DNA of 63,010 nucleotides, the filler included, from Collodictyon triciliatum (Eukaryota), in NCBI GenBank assembly GCA_043381765.1. It is 5 parts of 5 records of this genome, joined end to end, with 100 filler letters (N's around TTAATTAATTAA, not from the genome) between each part and the next. Parts side by side here need not be neighbours in the genome. Positions count along the whole stretch, not along the records: positions 24,041 to 35,396 come from JBHJMP010000481.1; positions 35,497 to 46,061 come from JBHJMP010000482.1; positions 46,162 to 63,010 come from JBHJMP010000484.1; 2 more parts are not named here. The stretch is one strand, 5' to 3'. Positions 24,201 to 46,299 of the stretch are shown here, one piece after another. The stretch's first letter is position 1. Each line of letters begins with the position of its first letter. The position numbers were made by a program, and so were the translations under genes. Below the pieces are notes generated by a model that was given only the letters and a program-made list of their open reading frames with translations, ran no database searches and was not told the origin of the DNA.

Positions 24201-27200
24201 ATGAACCAGATTTTTTGCAACCTGCATGTCTTCAACCACTTCATAAACGGGCCGTTGGGGACTAATTCCGCTGCGCGGTTGAACGTTGCGCTTTGGAGTG
24301 ACATGATTGCAAAGCAGCGCTTTCTGATCGGCTTCCCTTCCGCATCTGAAGCCATGCAACTGCAACACACTGCGCTCTTGAAGAAATACGCAAAGAGAAC
24401 GTCAGAGTTGCTGCATGGAGACCGGTAATGTAGTTTGATTATTCCCTTTTCATTTCTCTTTTCTCCACAACACGTTTATTTATTGCCTTTGGAATATACT
24501 CATATTTGATGTCTGTCGATAACCCAAAAGAACCAAATAAAAAAGTTCTCTCTCAAGGGTTATTAGCCAACGTTTCAAATCAAATTTTATAATTCCTCTT
24601 GTGAGATGCACTTTTTTTTTTACTCTATTCGTGTGCATGCTTCATAATTTGTTGCATAAATCACATGTTTTTCATTTATTTATTTTTTACTCCCATTTAT
24701 CCATTTTTAATTCAAATTAGCACAAATGACACTTGGGTTGGTTGCATTCTTCTCCGCCATTTGTTTCGAGATGCTCCTCGCTCAGCAATCAGCCCGCTCG
24801 GTTCATGGGTCGCTGCAATTCAATCTTGCTTATCAGTAAGGAGGCATACCAAAATATATATTCTATGTTATTTTTAACAAATACATGTTCAAGATAACAT
24901 TAATTTATTTAAGCTGTGTGTAAATAATATCGTTCCATTGCATGTAGCCAAGTAGTTCTTCTGAAGCCCAAAGGGCAGGAATTGCTTGCTGCGTGGAGCT
25001 TATCCGCAGGTGCGGGAAAGATTTAGAGTTGCAAAGAGAGGTCACTTTGGAACATCTCAGCAAGCTTGTAAACCAGATTCTAGAGCTATCTGAATCATCT
25101 GAATGCAAGGCAAGTAGCCTAAATAAGTTGCGCGATTTGATCACCACACATAGTGATTGGATATTTATTTACACCAAAGCGATCGTGTGTTTTGGTCATA
25201 CTTTTGATTATTGGAAAATTTGTCATATCTTTCTATCTTGTGCTGGTATTGTATACTTCCTCAATTAGCAATATCATCCTATACAAAAAATAAAATAGGA
25301 AGAAGTGATGCTGTTTTTGCAAGTGTCCATTTCCACTATGCCAAATGCAAACAGAGGTTATGTCACCAGAGCAACAGCTTTGGCTCTTGAGAATCTTTCG
25401 CATTCCCAGGCAAATGTCAGGCAGGCAGGGTTTTGTTTATGCGTCCATTAATTTAAAATTGTTGTTTCTTTTTATTTCCGAATTGATTTGTGTTATTTTT
25501 GGCGATTTGACTTTACACTTTAAAAAAAATTTTTCTAACATCACTTTGGTAATGTGCAGGCAGCCGCTGCGTTAATTACAACCATTCCTGTGTGTTTTCC
25601 GGAGACTACTCAAAAACTTATTCAACAAATAGTCTCCACCCTTCATCACACCTTCAACATCCTTTTTGGTATCAAAGGTAATTCAATATATGATTCCTTA
25701 TGATTTAATCCTGGAAAAATCAAGTATATTTTTTTGCTTTACTTATCTTGTAGCTTCGTGCAATTTTTTGCGAGTGCGATTTCAAGAATACTTTGCGCTT
25801 ATCGAACCATTTTACCATTGGCTCATAAAATACAGATAACGATCACACAGAAAAACTCCCCTTGGGTGACATCCCTCCTCTTGATGAAGCATCTTCGAGT
25901 GCATTCTGTATTGCGCGTGTGGCGTCTATGATTTCATGCGTTCGAGAAATTCTTGCAAACGAACAACTCACCACCGTAACAATGCCATTGGGCTTGCTAT
26001 TTGCATTCATATACAAGGTATTTTACTATATGGGTGCTAGATTTTTTTGACTGTCTGTGACAAAAAAAACCTTATTTCGGGTCTCATTTTCTTCATTTTG
26101 ATTTGAAGATAGACGATTGATGTATAAATAATAATCCAAAACGGTTTCAGGTCATGGACGTGAATATACATCGAGTTGTAAGTTATTCAAAGATTCAGTC
26201 ATACCTCTCCAGAATCATTTTCATTTACCATAACAAAGATATTCGAATAGGTGTTGGAAACTCATCAAATGGATTTTTCTCACAAAACTGTTGTACTGTT
26301 TCCTATTCAATTAGAAGTGACTGATTTGTTGATATTTTTGCTTCGGAGGTGACTTTTGCTTATATTTCTTATGTCTTTGGCGTAGATTTTCTTTTTCGGA
26401 CAAATACACGCTCATTTATATATTTATATTTTTCAGAATACGGCACATATACCCATCCATATTCCTTGTAGGTTTGGAAAACTCCTTGTTTTAGAGTTTC
26501 ATTTACTGTCAAAATGCATAGTTCGATGTGTTGATAGGATGCGCTCCGTAATGTGCGAATTCATTCTGCTTTTTTTTTCCCATGATGCATCGCATATTTT
26601 AGAAAGGGTTTGAACAGTTTATTATCAAACTAGGCAAGTTCATTATCTAAAAGAGCTTTATGCGTGTTTGATCGAGTTTTACTCAGGTACGTCGGTTCTA
26701 AACATCGCCTGTTTGAGCATTTTGTCGTCTTTTAGAATATATTCATTATATCTGACATTTTCTAAATAACAATATAAAAAAATATACTTGCACTAGCATT
26801 TGGCTGGCAAGGTGTAGATGCAACTTTGGACAGTCTGGTTGACGAAATATTGCTAAGTGTACAGCTGAATCCATGGAAGTACGAAGAAGCGAGCGAATCA
26901 AAGACCAAGGTATGGTTGCGATTTTCGAAAAAAAAAAAATCCCCTTTATTCGATCCAAGGGAAGGAAGGGGTTTTAGGCGCACTTCGAATTGTAATGTGC
27001 ATACAAATCACTTTTACTGTACCAGGGCAGAGTGATATTGTAATAGATTTTGGACATTCTTGAAGAAAAAAGTAAAAGCAAGATATTTATGATTTTAGAA
27101 ACAAAAGACACAGATCGATGAGACCATATCGGAGCTTACCAAGGACGAAACATTTTCGCTTTCAATCATATCCTTAGAAGGTATTTAAAATTGGTACATA

Positions 27201-29320
27201 CAGTTAATTATCCAAACGAATCGTGTCTCTGTGTTTTCTTTTTTATAAAAATAAATAAATTATGATGTCATGGATTTGAAAACACTTAACGGTCGCCCAG
27301 AGAAAAACTTGGTCATTTACTAACTATATTTCCATTCTCTAGTGCTGGAAGAAATCTTCAAACAATCTGGAGGATATCTCTCCCAAACTCTTTTCAAAAG
27401 GATCGAGTCTGTCATTCTGAAGCAACTAATTACAGCAGTCTCCACTCGTGGTGGGTAGCCTATTTTTTGTTTGTACGCTTACTCTCTTCCGCCCTTATAA
27501 TAATAATTAAAAAAAATCGAAAACACGCTCACTTTCAACACTAGGCAAACATTATATTTTTCTTATTGATTTTAGTATTTTTTTTTCCCTCTATTCGATT
27601 CAAAGTGCAGCGAGGTTATGCCATACAAAGGTTATTGATTGTAGTATATTATTCTTATCTTTTCTTCTGTTTTCATGAATAGGTCTATTCCCCGATTCAT
27701 ATACTTTATGCTTGTTGCGTGCGCTCTTTCAACTTTTATTGGCACCATCGAATGCACAACCTGCCAGTCTAAATGTAGCGCTGCGATTGTTCCAACAAGC
27801 GAGTCGCCTGGGCTCGATGGCTGTAATCAGAATTGATATATTCAAGATGTTTCGCTCTTATGTTTTATAAGCATTTTTTTGTTTTTATCCTCACGTAAAC
27901 TTCGTCTTTCATTTCATTTGTATTGCCTTTTCTTTCATGCACTCATATAAGGTTACATCCTACTGCCGGGATTGCATTCGAATCTTTGAGATTTATCTGC
28001 ACCCAAGGTCTGCGCATCGGCTGCCTCCTCCAATTTTATCACAGGCTGACATAATGGTGGTTCCAGAGGCTTCTCAAAATTATGTAAGCATCCCAAATTA
28101 TGCCAAGTGTATCCACTTTAAGCACTTTGTTCTGTAATCATATGATATATCTGTAATATATCTCAAATGGGATGGTATTCATAGGCGATGCAGAGACAAA
28201 GCAATTTTTCGTTTGAGTTTGTTTCAAACCGCATGTCTGCGCTTGAATCTTCGTTTGAAAAGTCACGAAGCACCTCTTTGGTAATTCTATTATTGCTAAT
28301 AATAATGACCGTAATAACCAACTTGCTATACAAAGCATGGTGTAGCTATGGAATTTACATATTCTTTGTACTCGCCTATTACGCTTGAGGAACGTGATAA
28401 ATGATCGAAATCACCAGCCGAGTAACATATCTACCTGGCACAGGACACCCCAGTCGATGTAGCTATTCCCACTGCGGACGAACACACACCTATCCAGACA
28501 AGGCCAAGCGAAACAATCTCATCTTTGTCCTATGCAAACACAAAATCTGATGCACCGGACCAAAGAAATGCCGAAGCAGTTGCAGAGGCAGTCGTGGACA
28601 GAGATGACAAAATCAACCCCACACACCAGTTACAGGAGCCGTCAATCGACAGCTTCAACAAGAAGCAACCGACTTTAACGCAAACATATTCCCAATCGAT
28701 ATTCGAACCAGAAGAGCCTACGATATCTTCGCCATCATCAAACGGTTTGTCGCCATTCATTCATTTGATTCACGCTTACCACCAATCTCCCTCGAGCCAA
28801 TTCCCATATTTCCTATTGCGTAGACCAAAGAAAGGAAATGCCTGATTTTGCTGGCGATGAACAACTGGAGCACAGAGTCGAAAAGGATATAACTAAACCA
28901 CAAATCAGCTCACCACTCGTACATCACAGCAACATGTCTCAAAAGTATGATACTAAACCATGATTAAAACTGCCTTAATATATATTCCTCCTCCCTCCAA
29001 AAAAAAAAAAAAAATAAACCAAATGTAAGTATAGCACACCCCTGAGAAGGGAAACATTCTACATTTCCAGTCTACCGACACCGTTCTCATGTTAACTGTG
29101 AATTTTTTTATATTTTTTGCGCAGCGAAGCACTGTTTGATGAAGAGTTCATCCCATCCGCACAGCCGTCTGTTGCATCCCATGATAAAGAGCCGAGCAGA
29201 GTCGAATCTTCAAAGCTGCACCGTTCAATCTTTGGCGGCTCTCAGAATCAAATCCCCGAAAGCCTGGACGATGATGATGATGATGGATTCCCAGAAATTG
29301 ACATGGAAGACCCTGAATAA
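24201..29320 (+). CDS. PELP1: PELP1/Rix1-like pre-60S ribosome biogenesis factor
   Basis: Rix1-N-like TWVGCILLRHLF..GSWVAAIQSCL. PELP1-like LLRALFQLLLAPS..LRLFQQA..VTSYCRDCIRIFEIYLHPR. Low-complexity linker and acidic tail DDDDDDGFPEIDMEDPE*. Confidence 0.82.
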
Positions 29321-29619
29321 TCACAAAAGCAAGGAATCGAATAAATGATATACAATCGCAGAACTCTGTGAGACTTCGCCCGCAGTCAAGCGTGTTTGTG
29401 TATTTTTGTTTTTAGTTTTTGAGGTGAAATAAATCATAGCTTCATATTGCTGTACTTTATATTTGATAAGGTAATATAATTTCATTCCTTGTGTGCGCGT
29501 GGGGTAGAGTGCGCAATCGACAAAGAATGTTACAAAATCGAAGAAATGGAAATAAATTGTTCTTATCTGTTGCATATATAATTTGTGTTCTAAGAATAAA
29601 CCATAGATTCTTCGCGGTG

Positions 29620-31488
29620 TTTTAGGGGCTGGTGTATGCTCTATTTATTGTTGAGAATCTCTCACTTGTCGGTCCGAGTGTCTCACACAGATGGTTTATG
29701 CAGCGAGAGTATCGAAAACAAACTTTGGGACTTACTCAAAATATACTCTGGCATGGCTAGGTGTAATTTATGAATGAGAGTGGTGTGGAATAAGTGATAA
29801 TTCTTTTTTAATGACAAAACTCATATACGCAAAAAACGGAGCTTTCCTATCAAAAACTGACCAAGCCTTTGACTCTGTCTGGTTTCCCTTTTCCTTTTCT
29901 TTTGGTGCACCTTCTTCATCGCCATTTCCATCTTCACCCTGTGCGACTTTGGTTTTATGAAGAATTGAGCGACTCGGTTTCTTCATCAGCTGCTCTTGTA
30001 TTGATACATCGAATTTGATAGCGGGATACACAAAGTCTCCATCGTCCCAGTACCCAGTATATTCCTTTTTGTGCAATAGAAGAGCTTTTTAGATAAAAGA
30101 AAGCAAGATTTGAGATAAAAGGTAAGCAACGTCCATGTATTTAAAAAAAGCATTTAAACGATGGTTTTTTTTTTGTTTTCTTCTTGGCTCAGTATCGGTG
30201 CGTTACGTCTGTTTCTTGAATGACTGCTTCATTTTGTGCGTAATAATTCCCATTAGATTGTGATACAAAAAAAGAAGAAATTGAAAAGGTAAAAAATAAA
30301 AAAAAAAGATTTTTTGTCTTTTGTTCTGTAAAGATAATGCATGCAACGATAACAATCTTTCATTTGTCATTTATCAGATCAAGTGAAATTCATAGGCGAT
30401 GTTTCGTGTTCTGATATTCTTAATATGCGTGTTAACAAGTCTAAAAGTAACCTTCGATCGACCTGGTGAACATCGAAGGATTTTCCTGTCTTTGTAATAC
30501 CCAGAATGTTGATTAGACATGATTGGTGGACTTTCTTTTCATTTTACGTGTCATCCCGTTATAACTCATAAGCATGATTATTTAGCAAATACAATTATGA
30601 TTATAATTTAAGGTCGAAAAATTGAAAAGTCAATTATGGATTCCACTTGATGATTTCAGACGAAGACTATCTTATTACTTGAATGATTCCAATTTTTTAA
30701 GCATTTCACTTGCATCGAATAATATTTTTTCTGGTATGTGTTGTCTTACATCTAGGATATTGATTAATTAGAGCTTATATCTCGTATGATTAAGATTATA
30801 TATTTCTAAAATTAATTTGCACGAATGATTAAAGCCCAGCATATTGCTTAAAAGTTATAATGGCGGTGTCTCTAACAGCATTATTACCCTTTATAGAAGC
30901 CAATCTCTTGATACGCCTGCATTTTGCAATTAAGGACTCGACCATATTTGAACACCTCCGAGTGAAACTTGGATATTTGTCCATAAATGATAGTCGAATG
31001 AAAACGTGATTGACGCTTTTGAAAAATATTACAAACATGTGTGATTTTTAAATTCAAGGATGAATCACTAAAATCATAGAGGGTTTAAAAAAATGGGATC
31101 AATACTCTTCTCTTTCATCGGAAAACTGAGATAAGGTATCCTCCATAATTTTACTTTTTGATTCCACAGAGTCCAATTTGAATTTGAGACTATATTAATA
31201 CAATCATATCAACCCAAGCGCCCAAAACATAGTGATATTATCAATCAGTTTATAGAATTTAACAAGGCGATGATATGAAAAAGGGAAATGACATAATCGT
31301 TGGCATCCATAATATCGAGAAAAGTATAAAGTAATTGGGCTTGATATTTGCGAATCCAACACAAAGTATATACCTCTCGGCGTTCTGTTCTACTTTCTCT
31401 GTAAGACTTTCGAAAAATGACAACATGATCTCTTCGACTCGCGTCTGAAGCGAGAATATGTAAGAAATCAGTTAAGTATTAAGAGAAA

Positions 31489-31531
<43 letters not shown>

Positions 31532-31535
31532 TTTT

Positions 31536-31600
<65 letters not shown>

Positions 31601-32000
31601 NNNNNNNNNNNNNNNNNNNNNNNNNNNNNNNNNNNNNNNNNNNNNNNNNNNNNNNNNNNNNNNNNNNNNNNNNNNNNNNNNNNNNNNNNNNNNNNNNNNN
31701 TCTTTGTGTCTTTGTGTCTTTGTGTCTTTGTGTCTTTGTGTCTTTGTGTCTTTGTGTCTTTGTGTCTTTGTGTCTTTGTGTCTTTGTGTCTTTGTGTCTC
31801 TGTATTTTTTTTTAACATTATTACTTAACCCAGTACAGAGAGACTATGATGAACAAGAATGGTAACAACAACAAAGACACAAAGACACAAAGAAGACAAC
31901 AAAAAGTAAAGTAAAATAAAAAAAAAAGGTCTAAAAAATAAAGAAGCATTCAAACCTCCAGCGACTGTGCCGAATTCTCCATGAGCGCAACAAAGATCCG
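29620..32000 (-). CDS. Uncharacterised multi-exon protein with N-terminal coiled-coil-like region (boundaries approximate)
   Basis: Spliceable minus-strand exons: TRVEEIMLSFFESLTEKVEQNAE, LKFKLDSVESKSKIMEDTLSQF, FMDKYPSFTRRCSNMVESLIAKCRRIKRLASIK, VRQHIPEKILFDASEMLKKLESF and HKKEYTGYWDDGDFVYPAIKF. No family recognised. Confidence 0.6.
31701..31797. repeat. (TCTTTGTG)n octamer tandem repeat
   Basis: Direct reading. Confidence 0.95.
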
Positions 32001-32628
32001 CTGCCGTGCAGGAGTTTTCTCCTTTTCGCAGGTTAGATGAAGGTATAGCAGGAATCGTATGCCAGAAAATCGTTCCAGGAGGAAGAACCAAGGCCGAAGA
32101 AAAATATGGCAGTGACATAGAACAAGAAAACCGCATAAGAATCGATATGTACTAACTTTTGCTAATTGCGCAGCAACAAACCCATTTACTACACCATAAC
32201 AGCGTTGTGTGAGATGTTTTGCAGTGATTTATTAAATAAGTGCATAATCGACATATAATCTTAAATTTTGTGTCTGCTCAATCATTCATTTTGATAAGTT
32301 GCTGTATATTCCACATATTGCTTCGGTTATTCAATTTCCAGATATGGCATTTTCATTCTGGAGTTTGTTCTTATGACGCTTTTTCCTTTGAAAATCAGAA
32401 AAAACAACAACAAAAACAAAAAAACAAAAAACAACAAAACAACAAAACAAAAACAAAAAACAAAAAACAAACGAGCCAAAGTAAAGAGGCGTTATCATAG
32501 GGACTTTGTCTTTTCCACCATTCATTTGCTCAAGCCTTAACAGAGCACACAGCCACACTCAACACAATTTACTTAGCAACACTGTTCTTTCAAAGAACAT
32601 CATAACCGATCTGGCCCGTTTCAAACAA

Positions 32629-35273
32629 ATGGACGGCCCAACAGCCACGCTTCGCAAAAGTCTGAATCGGCCTGAGGAACTCGCTCGAGTCAAAGATGTG
32701 CGCGATACTCAAAGATTTCGAGATGAATCGCAAAGTCCAAACCCAAGCGTTCGATCGCCAAGCCCAAAAGGCGGCTTTCTTGAGTCTACCGCGGGGAAGA
32801 AAAGGTACAGCCCTTTTACTTCTCTTTCTGAGTGCATGAAGCTCTCCCTGGATGTTGATGTATTGTGTTGGGTCTTTCCTGAGAGAGTACAACTACCTAT
32901 TATTATGAGTTGGAGGAAGGAAGCAATTTTTTTTTAATGAACTTTAATTTTGTGGGTGGCTTCGAAAAAAAAAACCTACCCCAACTCAAACTGAGCAATA
33001 GAAAAATGTGGCTGAATGATGTATCCTTGTAAACAGAACCAACTTTTAAAAAGACCTGAATACATGGTAGGGATAGGGTATTGCTCTCTCCTGTAGAGCA
33101 TGATATCCCCATTGTAATGGGCGAGATACGACAGCCTCGCAGAAATCTTTTGAAGTAGTTTTTAAATTACCAACATGATTGGTGTTCTATTTTCACTACC
33201 TTACTACTTTCATCGTCAATTATTTTGCTTGACGCTATTGAAAGAAAAAAAGATTTATCGATTACTTCCCCCTTTATTCAAGTTCTTGATTGTGTGTATG
33301 CACCCCTGATTATATTGAATTGCTTTTGTTAAAACAAACAACATTGCAAATCATATCATATAATAATAGTAAAGCTTTTCTAAAAAAAACACACACACAT
33401 TTATGGCTGAATAATTATTTAAAGCCCAAACGTCGGCAATGTTGAGATATGGCCAGGAGGATTCGAAGACAAGACAAGTTTCCAGAGAACAGACGAATTA
33501 AATACATCTGGAGCACCGCAAATTAGGCGTGGTCAGAAACCCAGGCTTTTGTTGGATCTGGAATCATATGTTGAGCAAGAATTGAAGCTTCTAAACTGTC
33601 CTCTGTAAGAATAATATATTCCCATGTTGTCTCTTTTTAGAAGATTCAATATATTCTTTAAATTACCTTGATAACTCGTCAATAAAATCTTAAATCAGTC
33701 AAGGACCAAGTGAAGCCAGAGTGCAAGTTTTTCGATCGTGCTTTGGTATGTAAATAGAAGAAAAAACCTGAATACTTTCTCAACGCATACATTTGAAACT
33801 TAAGCTTACGATTGCGTATCTAATTGATATTTATCTAGATATATTTATCGAGACATTCACGACATACAAACCACTTCTCACCCGCATCAAATTGGAATAT
33901 GACATTCTTTTGGATTTTTTAGAGCAACGAGTGAATCAATTGTAAGTGTTGTTCGATACATCTATGGTTTTAAAACTTTCATGATGGATGATAACGCCTT
34001 ATTCAAAAAATTTTTTATTCAGAATACCAACTGAGATACAGCTCCTTACCATCCGAGAAGAGCATGAAAAGAAACTGAAGTTTTATCAAAGAGAAAACTC
34101 GTCTCTAAAGTAAACATCGTTCCTGTCAAAAAAAAAATCACCTAGTCATTCATAGGTATCTGCTTTCCTCAAAATTAAAATTTTTATATAGGAAGCTATT
34201 GGAGGATGAGAAAGATAAGTGTCATTCATTGGAAAACTTGGCTGCTAGCCTCCGAACTGAATTAGAGGAATGCAAACTTAAAATCGCCTATCTCGAAAAA
34301 GAATGTGAAGAGAGTTCTGAAGTTATTCGCGACTTAGAGTTAAAGTTTAGAGCCATGCAAGTTAGTTTTGATCGTTTGTCGATATTTTTTCCCTTTTATT
34401 CGAATCAAAGAATCGTTCATCAATATTTGGTATCATGAGTTTTTTTTTTAAATTATTTAATATATTTTTCTTGGTTGCCTACACATAGAGCACATTAAAC
34501 GAGACTGAGCTGGACTTGCGAGATAGTACTATTTTATATTTAATTCCATGTTGAACTCTCAATCTTTTAAATTATATTACTTTATTTCTTTAGAAATGTG
34601 TCAATTACAATTTATATATGTGGCATAACACCCTTATTCCAGATGATTTATGATATACACCAAATAATAAAATAATAGTTCAAACTCGTCATGACGAAAA
34701 AATGATTGAACTTGAGAGGCTCAGACTGATTCTTCAAAATATGGTTCCCAAGGAACATTTAGAGGACTCTATTAAAGACTTGATTAGAACACGAACAGAT
34801 TTATTCCAGAAAGTCAGATTTTCACAGTTCATTGACCAATTCAACAATCTTGCAAACAATTCAATAACTAAAATAAAAAAATTAACGGATTCATTACAAG
34901 AATAGGAAACTTAAAAAAAAAACTTCAATACTATCTTTAGAGCATAGATGAGGAGCAAATACGGTCTGAAATGGGGAATTTAAAAAAGACACTTCAATCT
35001 GCCTTAGAACAATATCAATCCATGCTTGTAATTATCTTTGCTTAGTTTATCAACATGAGATTAGAATACTGCCCATGCTTCCTCTCCTTTGTTCTTTCTT
35101 TTCAGAAAATATAAAGTGAAGAAATAGTCATATTCAAACTTTTGACAAAATTACTGTAGACAACCCATACGCCAAGGCCAGACCTAACAGCTGCGATACA
35201 GTTGATGCATGTAGATGACTCCCCAAAATCTACGATGGAAGCATTTCAAGACATATGTAACTATGCCTCGTCT
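32629..35273 (+). CDS. TSNAXIP1_N domain coiled-coil protein (translin-associated factor X-interacting-like); 3' end runs into linker gap
   Basis: Spliced KPRLLLDLESYVEQELKLL..EARVQVFRSCFDIFIETFTTYKPLLTRIKLEYD matches the TSNAXIP1/CLHC1 N-terminal domain as I recall it. A long coiled coil and TPRPDL follow (TSNAXIP1 has TPRPDW). Confidence 0.8.
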
Positions 35274-35310
35274 GTAAGTTTGATGAGTAATCCTCCCCCT
35301 CCCCCTCTCT

Positions 35311-35347
<37 letters not shown>

Positions 35348-35396
35348 CTTTTTTTTTTGTTTTTTTTTTTTTTTTTTTTTGTTTTTTGTTTTTTTT

Positions 35397-35496
35397 NNNN
35401 NNNNNNNNNNNNNNNNNNNNNNNNNNNNNNNNNNNNNNNNTTAATTAATTAANNNNNNNNNNNNNNNNNNNNNNNNNNNNNNNNNNNNNNNNNNNN
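35397..35496. other. Artificial assembly linker (N44-TTAATTAATTAA-N44)
   Basis: Same construct as at 11701. Confidence 0.95.
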
Positions 35497-35568
<72 letters not shown>

Positions 35569-35598
35569 GGATTCATATAACTTCGGTAGTAATAGCAG

Positions 35599-43517
<7,919 letters not shown>

Positions 43518-44414
43518 ATTACGCGCATGTATTGACATTTTTGATGCTTCATCTACAAATGAAAAGGACCCCGGTATTATGGAGCCTGTTCCTGTTGTTC
43601 GTCAATACCCTGAACCACCTGTCAAACAAGCGGGGTGGTGAGTGTGGCCGTTCTTGTGATGCTTCTTTTCCTCAGTATTCCTCCTTATTTTTTTCTCCTT
43701 TCTTTCGCTATTGTTTTTATAACTTCATCATGCGAACTGAATCAGTGATAATTGGAAACTCTGCTCTGGTCATGTAGTTTCGAAATACGAATACAAACAA
43801 AAAAAAAAAAGCACCACACGTTGTGGACGTCCTTATTTATGAAATGCTCATTATAAAAGCATATTTGTAACTACAGTAAAAAAAAAAAAATTAGTTATAT
43901 GGATCACTTCCTTTCATTTTGTGAATCAATCCCGTTATCAATAAATAGTGGAATAAATGAATAAACTACCAGCAATCTTTCATAATAAGGAATCTTTTAA
44001 TTTCACCATCCTGCACAAAATTGAAAGGAAGAATAAAAAAAAAAGGAATCTTTTAATTAAGAAACAAATGGGTTTTGATGCTTTTTTGTGTTTACCTCTT
44101 TATATTGCTGGCTTTTTCTTCGTTCTCGTTGACGAAGTCGAGAATATTTTTATTAAACCCCCCGTTGTATAGGATAGGAGTGTTTTGGATTGACTTGCGA
44201 CTAATAGTAACGCTTCGCAAACCAACATACAAATATCTATTCTCATGAAAACAGAAATCGTTTGTGGAACAGCAAATGCCCTTTATGAATATCGAAGGAT
44301 TTCGAAAGGCAAAGAGCCTTAGCGAGGTGCTTGTTACCAAGAAGACAGAAAATGCTTGTTATCATTTTGGATGGGAGAGAAGGCGAATGAAAGTACCCTC
44401 TCAGCTTCTCTAGC

Positions 44415-46040
44415 TCAGATGCCAAGAGTGTATTTCTTTCTGGGCATGTGCCCGGCAAACGAGATGTTGCGGTCTTGGGTGATGTAATCAACAACCGGGT
44501 CACTAGAGGATAAGAGACGCTGAGAAGTATATGCGGCGGAATCAGTCATATTGACGAAGTTTGGCAAGCGAGATAGAGGCGCAGAACTTGGTCTCCTATC
44601 GCCTGATTGAGAATTTGCACGCTGGGTTACTTGCTTGCGATGAGAATCCTCCGATGAACTTCTCGCTTTCATTATTTTAATCATAAATAAAATATTAGTA
44701 AACTACTATACCAACATTCGATGTCCTTGAATCTGTATAAATATGATGTAAAATAGACGTTTTATACTTACATTCCAATTTTTCGCTTGGTTTAGAGTTT
44801 GCAGAGACTTTGGGTGGGTTCGCAGCACTAGAGTTCTTGCTTTTGATATCTCTGCGAGTTTCTCGAAGACCTGCCTCCATGGCTTCATTATATCTCCCAA
44901 GTTTTCGTAGGTAGTATTCTTTGTTTTGATACTCTGAGTTGATGACTCCGCTCGTAGCCCCAATACCAGGAACATGTCCCTACGAAAGTATTGACTTTCC
45001 ATGAGTTTCCCAATTTATGCCCAACCATGATTTATCGAAGCCCGCCGATTAGGTAAAGAATCATAACAATAAAAGTGATCATATATCGCGTAGAGCATCC
45101 TTACATAGCATTCAAGCAAAGTTAATGCGAGGTGTTTTCAATATGTATCCTCCACAATATACTGGACAAACCCATCCGTCTTGTGTAATTTCAAAAGGAC
45201 ATAGTTAAAGTTTATTTTCCTGCCTTTATTCAATTCAAAGAGATATTGTGAAAAAATATAAATATAATCTTACAGAGTATCCCATCGCAATATTCCTTGG
45301 GACTACGGACAACTTCGGAGCAGATCTAGGCCGCGATTGGTGGTGAGTGCGCGGTTCATGTGCGATATGATTCCCGGTATCTTCTGCAGATACCGTTCTA
45401 GAATCCTTTTCAGGATATCTTGTATCCCTGATGGCTGCTCGTATTGTGGTATCGTCATGTCCGCCCTGGTTAGGAGTTGAGCATCTGGTATTCAACGTCT
45501 TCTCATGTTCCGGAGTGGCTGTTTCTCTGTTTCTGACTCGAACTGAAGCAGTAGTCAAAAGGATAATGTCGGTGGTCATGCATATGTAATCTTATTTTTT
45601 AAAAAAAGTACATACTGAAGGAAGGCAGGACTAAGGAAAATTCAAAATCAATAAACACATGAACCAAAAGTGCAATAACTCACAGTACATCGATGCATGT
45701 GTGAATGGGGGTGGGGAACCATTAGGGCGATTGTTAAACTCGAAATCTGCATAATCGGACGACCCAACTAAGACAATAAATGTAATTCAGTAATATCCAG
45801 ACGGAAAGATGCAAGTTGTGGTGGATGATTCCTCAGTTAAGATGTGTATCGTTTAGGCAAGGTTTGCACGTCTTGAATAGTGGGGTTTGCGGTTGAGCGG
45901 AGAGAGGCATACCTTGAAAAGTTTTACACAATCCAGGGACATGGCCTGCGTATCCAGCAATGCGATTGCGGATGTATCGACGAGATTCCCAAGAGTCAGC
46001 GTGCTTTGCCATCACAGTAGAGCTCTGCCTTCTGGCTTCT
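44415..46040 (-). CDS. FAM166/CIMIP2-like ciliary microtubule inner protein candidate (possibly 5' truncated at gap)
   Basis: Disordered protein with three GYxGHVP-type motifs: IAGYAGHVPG, MGYS|GHVPG (formed across a splice) and ISFAGHMPR. Stop at 44415. Confidence 0.65.
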
Positions 46041-46061
46041 GAAAATCGGCAAAAAAAAAAA

Positions 46062-46161
46062 NNNNNNNNNNNNNNNNNNNNNNNNNNNNNNNNNNNNNNN
46101 NNNNNTTAATTAATTAANNNNNNNNNNNNNNNNNNNNNNNNNNNNNNNNNNNNNNNNNNNN
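46062..46161. other. Artificial assembly linker (N44-TTAATTAATTAA-N44)
   Basis: Same construct. The flanking huntingtin gene is clearly 5'-truncated here. Confidence 0.95.
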
Positions 46162-46299
46162 AAAAAAAAAAAAAAAACAAAAAAACAAAAAAACAAAAAA
46201 ACAAAAAAACAAAAAAACAAAAAAACAAAAAAAACAAAAAAAAACAAAAAAAAACGCCACCATGGAATACTTCGTTAAAATGACACGAATTCCAATCAG

